Source of the DNA: an archaeon
GTDB taxonomy: Archaea > EX4484-52 > B79-G9
Assembly: GCA_043813875.1 (NCBI GenBank)
Contig: JBDRKP010000004.1
Location: forward strand, 1 to 24,572
Direction: 5' to 3'
Length of the DNA: 24,572 nt
Shown here: positions 1 to 6,956 of the stretch, one piece after another
Numbering within the stretch: position 1 is the first letter of the stretch
How the letters are laid out: every line of letters starts with the position of its first letter
Notes under the pieces: generated by a model
The model's input: only the letters and a program-made list of their open reading frames with translations
What the model was told of the DNA's origin: nothing
The model's database searches: none
Made by a program: the position numbers and the translations under genes

Positions 1-819
1 CATCTTCTTGCGCTGAAGCTATTGCATAATGTCGACAGTTTCAGCTATGAGCAGGCGATTGATCTCAAGAAGGTCACTCTGAAAATGAATGCTTCACCTA
101 TGCTTCTTGGGTGTGTCGGGAGAAATTTCACGCTGAAGGAAAATCATGTGTATGAGAGATTCGATGTACCTACGATGAATCCCGAGACGTTCGAGAATAC
201 GCTCGATAACATCTGCCCTGTGTTCTATTCTAAAAAAGGAAAGACGGTCAGCCATATCTTATCTGATAAAATGAGGCAGATGAGGTCTTCTGGAAAGATG
301 AGCCTTGAGGATCTCAGCAGGGCCACGGGGGTTTCAAAGAAGACGCTTTTTATGGGTGAAAAGTACAGCAAGATGAGTACCGAGGTTGTGCTGAAGATCG
401 AGGAGTATTTTTCTGAGTCGATTACTGCGCCGATAGATGTGTTTTCATGGAGAACGCCGGCTGAGACTACGGAAAGAGAGAATGCAGGAGATACTGAAAG
501 GAAGGCGATGAATTATTTTTCAAAGACGGGGTTTGACTGCATATACCTAAAGACTGCGCCGATAAAAATTATAAATACTTTCGAAGATAAATTGATACTT
601 TCTACAATACTTACCGGACATAAGAATGACAGGCCTATCAATGACCTGAAAAACATGTCTGAGGTCTCTTTGAATGATAAGATGGTCATAAGGCTCAAGG
701 GCAATGAAAAAAATATCGATGGGGTTGCATCTGTCCGGCTGGATGAGCTGAAATCGGTTGATTCCTGCAAAGAGCTTTTTGAACTGATATATGAACGTGA
801 ATCCTGTGGCGATTGTTGA
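1..819 (+). CDS. Archaeal XRE/Cro-type HTH transcriptional regulator (COG1395-like), 5'-truncated by the window edge
   Basis: Frame is open from base 1 (HLLALKLLHNVDSFSYEQAIDLKK). Central HTH MRQMRSSGKMSLEDLSRATGVSKKTLFMGE...VVLKIEEYF. The LK.L.NVD and YER..VP motifs resemble this family. Confidence 0.75.
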   Translation, partial: HLLALKLLHNVDSFSYEQAIDLKKVTLKMNASPMLLGCVGRNFTLKENHVYERFDVPTMNPETFENTLDNICPVFYSKKGKTVSHILSDKMRQMRSSGKMSLEDLSRATGVSKKTLFMGEKYSKMSTEVVLKIEEYFSESITAPIDVFSWRTPAETTERENAGDTERKAMNYFSKTGFDCIYLKTAPIKIINTFEDKLILSTILTGHKNDRPINDLKNMSEVSLNDKMVIRLKGNEKNIDGVASVRLDELKSVDSCKELFELIYERESCGDC

Positions 820-1813
820 AGATAAGTTCCTGAAGGTTGAAAAATCGCAGAGTGAAGTACTGAAAGTCAGGTATTCGGTCATACACGGAAATGATGACGG
901 GCCAAAGGTGTTTGTTATCGCCGGAATACACGGGCATGAGCTTAATGGCGTCGAGGTCATAAGAAGGCTCAAGCCGTATCTTGAGAAGAGGAATATCAAT
1001 GGCATGGTCACGATTCTTCCTGTGGCTAATCCCGTGGGGTTCTCGACGAGGCAGAGAAATACGATTTATGATAACAAGGATCTTAACAGGTGCTTTCCCG
1101 GTAATCCGGAGGGGACTTTCACTCACAAGCTCGCTCATGAAATATTCAATGGAATTGTTGCGGGTTGCGATTGTGGTATCGATCTGCATACAGGGCCTGA
1201 GGGGCGGGTGCTTTTGCCGCATACGAGGATCAGGAAAACAAACAAGATCAATCAGGTGAAGGTGCTTTCGAAGGTTTTCGGGACGCTTATCGCCATGTCG
1301 CCTGACGGGGAGGATACGATGCTTACGTCGTGCGCTACGAGCCACGGCATACCTACTGTCGGGGTGGAGCTTGGAGAAGCATATAAGATCGACGAGTATT
1401 TTGTGAAGGCAGGATTTTTCGGTGTCGTGAATACGCTGAGATATCTTGAAGTGTTGAAGGGCAAGGCGAATGTGCTTGACCGGCAGTTCATACTTAACGA
1501 GAGGCATGATGTGAAGGCGCAGCATAGCGGGCTTTTTTATCCGAAGGTGAAGCTTGGGCAGGTCATCAAGAAGGGGGATCTTCTTGGAGAGTTGTATAAT
1601 ATCGAGAGCGATACGACTGAGAGCATATATGCGGAGAGGAAGGGGATTGTTCTTGCGCGGTTCAGCCAGAGTGTGGTGCTGCCGGATACGACTATCATGA
1701 GCATCCTCACGCTTGATGACTGCGCGCTCAATAATGTGGCGCTGAAGACGGGCAGGTATATCATAAATCATTACAAGAACCCGACGAATATATGGAGCAG
1801 TTTTGAGTATTGA
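791..1813 (+). CDS. Succinylglutamate desuccinylase/aspartoacylase family (M14-like) Zn hydrolase
   Basis: Motifs AGIHGHELNG, ILPVANPVGF, DLNRCFPG, IDLHTG and VELG, plus a C-terminal barrel-sandwich (KVKLGQVIKKGDLLG). Confidence 0.9.
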   Translation: MNVNPVAIVEDKFLKVEKSQSEVLKVRYSVIHGNDDGPKVFVIAGIHGHELNGVEVIRRLKPYLEKRNINGMVTILPVANPVGFSTRQRNTIYDNKDLNRCFPGNPEGTFTHKLAHEIFNGIVAGCDCGIDLHTGPEGRVLLPHTRIRKTNKINQVKVLSKVFGTLIAMSPDGEDTMLTSCATSHGIPTVGVELGEAYKIDEYFVKAGFFGVVNTLRYLEVLKGKANVLDRQFILNERHDVKAQHSGLFYPKVKLGQVIKKGDLLGELYNIESDTTESIYAERKGIVLARFSQSVVLPDTTIMSILTLDDCALNNVALKTGRYIINHYKNPTNIWSSFEY

Positions 1814-1863
1814 GAATAGAAAGTTTAATATATGATTTAAAACAAATAAAATGTGAGGATATT

Positions 1864-2982
1864 ATGTTTAAATTCACAACTGATAAAAAAGGTGCGGATG
1901 CTTTGAGCGTAGATAGCAAAACGCATGATGACAACACGCTTGTTTCTGAGGTCAGAGATATAAGGAAGGAACTTGATGAGCAGATCAAGGAGATGAAAGA
2001 ACTTAGCAGTGTGACTATTGCTGCAATCGGGAAAATCAGGAAACTGAATGCTGATGAAATCTGTACGCAACTTTTTAGTATTGATGAGCGGCTGAAGAAA
2101 CTTGACGAGCATGCAGCGTCTGTTGACAAGAAGCTGGCTGATCTTGAGAAGCATCCGAAAAGAGAGGAGCAGGCTATTGAATGCAGGCATGAAGGCCGCA
2201 AGACGGCGGAGAGTAAAGCAATTTCTTTAAGCCATTGTTCTGATTGCGGGAGTAAGCAGGATATTATCAAACTGCCAGAAAGCCCCCTGCCTGATGTTTT
2301 GCATCATAAGGCCACAGATTCTCTAGCGCATGTCATCGAGACTACGATGGATAAAGTTGATGCCAAAAAAAATGATGGTGTGTCTGAGACCCTCAGGAGT
2401 TATGAGAATAAGAACATAGCGAAGCCGGAAGAATCCGGGGATAATATTTTTACTAAACTGATCAGTAAAGTGATGCCGCCCCATAAAAAGGATTCTCTTT
2501 TTGCACAGCCGAAGATGGCTGACAGGGAGGACAAGGGTTTTGTGCATGAGACTATCATAAATGAATCCACGAAGAAGGATTTTGCAGTGCCGAAGGTCCC
2601 GGAGCAGGCAGCAAAGGTGATTGCTGAGAATAAACCCGTGAAGATTGAAGCGGCTGAACATCCTATCAAGGAAGAAAAGGACGTCATTGCCAAAAAAGCG
2701 GATGTGGATCTTTTAGGTGTTGATGAAGGCGAACTCAGGCCAAAGATGGATGAGATGCTGTCTCGAGCGAAGCAGATGCTTATCGAGAAGAGATATTCGG
2801 ATGCTACGGAGATTTATCTGAAATTGAGTGATGCTTATGAGAAGAATAAGGATAATCCGATGGTCCAGGAACTTAGAATGGAGATTGATGAATTGTATGA
2901 CAAGATCAGCTCTAGCCTGCTTTCCAATCTGATGGGGACTGATACTGGGAAGAAGATGTCTATTTTTGATCAGAATAGATAG
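1864..2982 (+). CDS. Hypothetical protein with N-terminal coiled coil and C-terminal TPR-like helical hairpin
   Basis: Long ORF. ATG 1864 follows GTGAGGA. Heptad-like IRKELDEQIKEMKEL/IDERLKKLDEH and C-terminal AKQMLIEKRYSDATEIYLKL. Confidence 0.75.
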   Translation: MFKFTTDKKGADALSVDSKTHDDNTLVSEVRDIRKELDEQIKEMKELSSVTIAAIGKIRKLNADEICTQLFSIDERLKKLDEHAASVDKKLADLEKHPKREEQAIECRHEGRKTAESKAISLSHCSDCGSKQDIIKLPESPLPDVLHHKATDSLAHVIETTMDKVDAKKNDGVSETLRSYENKNIAKPEESGDNIFTKLISKVMPPHKKDSLFAQPKMADREDKGFVHETIINESTKKDFAVPKVPEQAAKVIAENKPVKIEAAEHPIKEEKDVIAKKADVDLLGVDEGELRPKMDEMLSRAKQMLIEKRYSDATEIYLKLSDAYEKNKDNPMVQELRMEIDELYDKISSSLLSNLMGTDTGKKMSIFDQNR

Positions 2983-3040
2983 TTTTAAATATTGAGGAAA
3001 TAAATAGGATATCATATTGAATATATCGGTGCTATCGAAT

Positions 3041-3295
3041 ATGAATAATAACCACCATCATGTGCATCATGATATTGAAGAAAGTGAACTTCCTGAAGCG
3101 AGACTTGCTGTATTCTGGATTTTCGGGGCTGTCGCGATCATGGGCGGCGTGTGGATCACAAGGTATGTCGAATGGGTTCTTGGGACTACGGCGGCTTCTT
3201 TTTATGGAGCGCTTCTTGTCGCGTTCCTGCTTATCCTTTTTGGCGGGCTTGCGTGGATAGGGGTTGCTGTGAGTGTCGCTCATCATAAAGGATGA
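3041..3295 (+). CDS. Small membrane protein, two TM helices, His-rich N-terminus
   Basis: MNNNHHHVHHD followed by two hydrophobic segments (LAVFWIFGAVAIMGGVWI; FYGALLVAFLLILFGGLAWIGVAVSV). T-tract follows the stop. Confidence 0.75.
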   Translation: MNNNHHHVHHDIEESELPEARLAVFWIFGAVAIMGGVWITRYVEWVLGTTAASFYGALLVAFLLILFGGLAWIGVAVSVAHHKG

Positions 3296-3359
3296 GTTTT
3301 TTTTGGGAACTGTTTGTTCCAAAGAAAGATTTATATGTGTTTAAATCTTAAAATCAGAT

Positions 3360-3917
3360 ATGAATACGATTAAAATCTGTTTTTGCACATTATTATTCCT
3401 TGTTATGTTTTTTGGGAGCGTTAATGCGCTTATAGTTATCAATGAGGTTGAGTTGAATCCACCTAGCCAATATGATGATGATGAATGGATTGAGCTATAT
3501 AATACGGGCGATTATCCTGAAGATATTTCCGGATACACTTTAACGGATGGCGGAGGGATGGTGGATACGATACCTAGCGGAACGATAATAGGACCGGGAG
3601 AATTTTTTGTTTTTACAGAGGATATTAGTGGATTATCGCTAGATAATGCCGATGAGTCCATTACGCTGAATAATAGTTTCGGGCAAATCGAAGATGTCAC
3701 TCCAACACTTATCGATTCGGCGAATAATCTTAGCACATGGCAGCGCATCCCTGATGGTGATAACAACTGGCAGTTCCTTGAGGGGACAGCGGGCGCAAGC
3801 AATGGCGGTGACGGAGGAAATGGCGGAATACCGGAGTTCCCGGCGTTCATCGTGCCGGTTCTTTTGATGTTTGCAGGTGTTTCGGTTGCGAGAAGATATG
3901 GCGGATTATATAGTTGA
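3360..3917 (+). CDS. Secreted lamin-tail-domain protein with PEF-CTERM sorting signal
   Basis: Signal peptide; IVINEVELNP...EWIELYN...DISGYTL (LTD); WQRIPDG; C-terminal IPEFPAFIVPVLLMFAGVSVARR (PEF + TM + basic residues). Confidence 0.88.
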   Translation: MNTIKICFCTLLFLVMFFGSVNALIVINEVELNPPSQYDDDEWIELYNTGDYPEDISGYTLTDGGGMVDTIPSGTIIGPGEFFVFTEDISGLSLDNADESITLNNSFGQIEDVTPTLIDSANNLSTWQRIPDGDNNWQFLEGTAGASNGGDGGNGGIPEFPAFIVPVLLMFAGVSVARRYGGLYS

Positions 3918-3946
3918 AGACAGAACTTTTGGAACTAATGTCTTCA

Positions 3947-4012
3947 CCATATAGATTAACGTCTCTTGGTTTTTGGCTAAGTTTGTCCATTTAGTAACGA
4001 CGTTAACTATAG
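3947..4012. repeat. Structured repeat element, copy A (unrecognised)
   Basis: CCATATAGATTAACGTC-N-TTTGTCCATTTAGTAACGACGTTAACTATAG. About 53/67 positions identical to 5595-5661 by manual alignment. Terminal stem TATAG(A)TTAACGTC/GACGTTAACTATA. Confidence 0.8.
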
Positions 4013-4249
4013 CTAATCTTCGAATGCTTCAAGGGCTTTTAGTATCTGGTATTCTTTGTAGCCGTCTTCTTTGAGCATCTCGCGTACAATTGCTTTTACT
4101 TTTGTGGGGTTGGCGTCTATGCCGATATCTTTTAGGTGCGCTTCGAGGCCTTCCGGACCGTTCTCGCCCAGATAGGCGCGTGCGGCTTCTATGGCAATTC
4201 TATCAATCATCATATCTGTTTGATGATGAAGGTTTAACTTCCTATCCAT
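4013..4249 (-). CDS. Small helical hypothetical protein
   Basis: 78-aa ORF with natural-looking amphipathic composition (KVKAIVREMLKEDGYKEYQILKALEAFED). No family recognised. Confidence 0.6.
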   Translation of the reverse strand: MDRKLNLHHQTDMMIDRIAIEAARAYLGENGPEGLEAHLKDIGIDANPTKVKAIVREMLKEDGYKEYQILKALEAFED

Positions 4250-4668
4250 GTTTAGGTCAATCCTTTCGGCACGGCATCTATGGATCAGCCTTATTAATGC
4301 CGGTACGAAATCATGTTGTATGAGGTGGTTTTATGAGAAGAAATGCAAAGGGAAGAGGGAAACAAAGGACGATGCTTTTACAGTTCCCTAATATGACGGT
4401 GTGGTGGGTGGGGTCTTCCCGCCATCATTTTTAGAATCGGATTGATTAGGTCTTAATCTGAAACAGGATTGTATGCGATTACAGTATACGGATGCTTTCA
4501 CATTCATGAAATAAAGTCAATGCGAATATCATGATTCCGGAGGATTGCATATTCATCCGGGTCAGATGAATTGGTAAATCCCGGAGAATCTGTGTTTCCT
4601 GTGATGAGAAACCATATTGAGGGTTATCACCATAACATGTTTTATGTTTGTGAATAAAAGATCGGCTT

Positions 4669-5466
4669 TCATTCAAGGAAGGCGTCGAGTATGTCTCTTA
4701 TGTTCTCTGCCTCTATTATCTGTATGCCTGTCTCTTCTGAGAGGTTGATTATCGTGGCTTTTATTTCAGGCTGGCAGTATTCGTATGTGCCCCAGGTGTG
4801 GCAGAATTCCTCTTCTGTGTAGTTGATCTCTGTCGATGAGCCTACGGATACGTAGAATGCTTTTGCGCCGTTCTCTTTGGCTGAGATGGCTTTTTCTTTT
4901 ATCTTTCCGGCGGGGCCGATTGTGCCGTCATGGTTTATGGTGCCGGTTATCATCACGTCGTCTCTTATCTTTTTGTCTTCCAGAACTGCGATGGTGGCGA
5001 GGGTTATTGCTGCGCCTGCTGACGGGCCTTCGAGGACGGTTGCGTTTGCATAGAGGTCGTAGATGATGTCGTGGTCGCTTATGTCTATATTGGAGATATC
5101 TGATGCAACCAATGCGGCCATGCGGATTGAATTCAAGGTCTCTTCTTTGGATAAGACACGGTTGAGGTTTATCAGTATCTGACCGCTGCCAGGTACGACT
5201 GATACGTCAAGATTTGCAGATACGCCGGTCCCGTTGCGGTTCACGGCAGGAAGGCGGATTGATGCGCGCCGTTCATCGTGGATCACAAGAGGCGCTTTGC
5301 TGCATGTGTTTGATAAGGAGATTGTGGCCGGAGTTGATGTGTTTTTGTGTATCCCGACGGATATGCCGAATAAGAATGCAAGCATCACGAGCATCACTAC
5401 AGGAATCCAGTTCCTGGATGAGGTTGTTATTTTTTCCTGGTCATTTTTAGAAGTCATACTGTTCAT
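4669..5466 (-). CDS. Membrane-anchored Lon-like S16 serine protease (protease domain only, no ATPase)
   Basis: N-terminal TM helix; EGPSAGAAITLA (catalytic Ser); MITGTINHDGTIGPAGKIKEKAISA (catalytic Lys). Confidence 0.9.
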   Translation of the reverse strand: MNSMTSKNDQEKITTSSRNWIPVVMLVMLAFLFGISVGIHKNTSTPATISLSNTCSKAPLVIHDERRASIRLPAVNRNGTGVSANLDVSVVPGSGQILINLNRVLSKEETLNSIRMAALVASDISNIDISDHDIIYDLYANATVLEGPSAGAAITLATIAVLEDKKIRDDVMITGTINHDGTIGPAGKIKEKAISAKENGAKAFYVSVGSSTEINYTEEEFCHTWGTYEYCQPEIKATIINLSEETGIQIIEAENIRDILDAFLE

Positions 5467-5594
5467 TGGTATAGCCTGTTAATATATTTTTGCGAATCAT
5501 GATGAGGTTTGTTGTTATAGTAAACGCCATAACTTTTTCATGGCACTTACATGCCAAGCTTTTGAGACAAGCTCAAAATAGACAAATGGCGTTT

Positions 5595-5661
5595 CCATAT
5601 AGATTGATGTCTATCGGTTCATAGGTCATATTTGTCCATCTAGTAACGACATCAACTATAG
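5595..5661. repeat. Structured repeat element, copy B (unrecognised)
   Basis: CCATATAGATTGATGTC-N-TTTGTCCATCTAGTAACGACATCAACTATAG. Same stem as copy A with two compensatory pair changes. Directly abuts the SRP RNA 3' end. Confidence 0.8.
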
Positions 5662-5938
5662 TGGCAAAGCGCGCGCATAAGTGGGCAGACTTCCTGAATG
5701 CAGAATCCTTGTCTCTACCTCGGCACTGTGTCCTGAAAGCGCCCATGCGATGCTTTAGGGCTGCTCCGATCAAGGCCTGACCCGGTTCAACAAAGCATGA
5801 ACCTATCAGGGCAGTGAGTCATTGTTCAAGACAAAGCCAATACATCCAAAAAGCATTGCCGCCTTATGCGCTTTGGCCCCTGCATGTAGACGGTTTCAGG
5901 TAACAGGGCCCGCCTAGCGCCCCGGCCTAGCTTTGCCA
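5662..5938 (-). ncRNA. ffs: Signal recognition particle (7S) RNA
   Basis: Minus strand: helix 1 UGGCAAAGC/GCUUUGCCA closes the ends. Archaeal Alu domain UAGGCCGGGGCGCUAGGCGGGCCCUGUUACCUGAAACCGUCUACAUGCAGGGGCC. Helix-8 SRP54 motif GAACC-GGGUCAGGCC...GGAGCAGCCC. Length ~277 nt. Confidence 0.93.
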
Positions 5939-5958
5939 GTATTTCTTTGTGGAGTTAA

Positions 5959-5967
5959 TTTTATATG
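5959..5967 (-). promoter_or_regulatory. TATA box of the SRP RNA gene
   Basis: Minus-strand CATATAAAA centred ~25 nt upstream of the helix-1 5' end. Confidence 0.65.
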
Positions 5968-6017
5968 TGAATGAATCGCAGAAATATCGTTATACGATGA
6001 TGCGTGAAAAAGAAATA

Positions 6018-6299
6018 TCACATCGCTTTCGGGCCGACGAAGTAGCCGTCTTTCTTGTTTTTAGTGTTTTTGAGGGCGTCCTTCTGGCTGAGCGAGGGCT
6101 CGACAATGTCTTTTCTTGCGCGGTCCTTTATTTTTATCGGCTGGAATGCAGGCTCAATGCCTTCTACATCGACTTCGTCAAGAGTACTGAAAGCGTCAAG
6201 GATGTTTTTCAGGTCTTTAGTATATTGTTTTTTTTCTGATTCTGTGAGATTGATTTTTGCTGCCCTGATAACATCATCAATAGTATCTTTTTCTTTCAT
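6018..6299 (-). CDS. gatC: Asp/Glu-tRNA amidotransferase subunit C
   Basis: AKINLTESEKKQYTKDLKNILDAFSTLDEVDVEGIEP...R.D...SLSQKDALKN...DGYFVGPK. The real start is ATG 6299; the ORF-track extension to 6689 is non-protein-like. Confidence 0.92.
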   Translation of the reverse strand: MKEKDTIDDVIRAAKINLTESEKKQYTKDLKNILDAFSTLDEVDVEGIEPAFQPIKIKDRARKDIVEPSLSQKDALKNTKNKKDGYFVGPKAM

Positions 6300-6349
6300 A
6301 GTATAATTTATCAGGAAGTAATTTAATAAGTTTTTCAATTGAGGGATAA

Positions 6350-6546
6350 TTCCACCGGAAATACAGGTATAGCGCATATTTCCACTAGAAACAATGGTGT
6401 TACCTAGTACCTCCACTAGAAGTGAAGGTCGCCCGGAATAACTCCACCGGAAATGTAGGTTGTATCTCAATTTCACTGTGAATACATAAATATACATAAA
6501 CAATATAATGGGCGCGATTGTGTTTGATTTCCATCGGAACACGAGG
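6350..6546 (+). other. Array of mini-ORB-like boxes (candidate replication origin)
   Basis: TCCACCGGAAATACAGG (6351), TCCACTAGAAACAATGG (6381), TCCACTAGAAGTGAAGG (6412), TCCACCGGAAATGTAGG (6443), degenerate TTCACTGTGAA (6472) and TCCATCGGAACACGAGG (6530). They resemble the archaeal Orc1/Cdc6 box TCCA-N3-GAAA-N-GG and adjoin an AT-rich tract. Confidence 0.7.
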
Positions 6547-6647
6547 CATCTAAACTCACCTACAATAACATATACATAGAAAAATATATTTATTGTTGAC
6601 AAAAGGCTTATATACACTAGATTGATAAATAAAGAAATAGGTTTTCC

Positions 6648-6761
6648 AATACAATGTTTTGGGCAAAACACTGTATTAAAAAAAATCAATTCAATCTTAA
6701 ATTATTGGGCAATAATTTAAAATTGATCGGGCAAATAATTTAACTTTGGGCAAAGTTAAAT
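6648..6761. repeat. Three GGGC-centred palindromes in an AT-rich tract
   Basis: AATACAaTGTTTTG-GG-CAAAACAcTGTATT (6648-6677); TCAATcTTAAATTATTG-GG-CAATAATTTAAaATTGA (6691-6726); ATTTAACTTTG-GG-CAAAGTTAAAT (6738-6761). Confidence 0.85.
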
Positions 6762-6956
6762 CAGGTGTTAGAGCAATCAAGTAGATTTTGTCAGACATGT
6801 TGGATTAGTCTTCAGTATCTACTTCTAAAGATAATAATATCATAGGATCAATAAATATATTTCGCCATAGAGATATATATCATAAAAAATAGCTATCTCA
6901 AATATATAATTGATCCGAAAGTAAAATACATATGAAAATTCGGAGGGAGATAAGGA

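Noticed and set aside
695..1771. 358-aa antisense ORF, and similar long shadow ORFs over ftsZ, moaA-moeA and the surface genes
   Set aside because: Antisense or alternative-frame shadows of well-supported genes, with no motifs of their own.
3947..4012. Twin element as an attC site or a known ribozyme (HDV, twister, hatchet, hammerhead)
   Set aside because: No conserved RYYYAAC/GTTRRRY ends in both copies. Stem too long and no properly placed UCC/GG for HDV. Catalytic core motifs of the others are absent; the hatchet-like words GACAAAC/AGACGUUAA are not kept in copy B.
4479..4676. 65-aa minus-strand ORF after the protease
   Set aside because: Overlapping start is plausible but composition is unconvincing and no motif is recognised.
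5573..5773. 66-aa minus-strand ORF
   Set aside because: Lies within the SRP RNA and repeat copy B.
5784..5803. GGUUCA/UGAACC hairpin as SRP helix 6
   Set aside because: GAACC is the helix-8 asymmetric loop and UGCUUUG pairs with UAAAGCA, so this hairpin conflicts with the canonical helix 8.
6350..6480. CRISPR or TIGR-like guide array
   Set aside because: Conserved part is only ~11+3 bp, the variable part is 12-13 bp, the period is 30-31 bp and no cas/Tas gene is nearby. ORB-like boxes explain it better.
6300..6689. N-terminal extension of the 223-aa ORF containing gatC
   Set aside because: Non-protein-like translation through the repeat and AT-rich region. GatC homology begins at ATG 6299.
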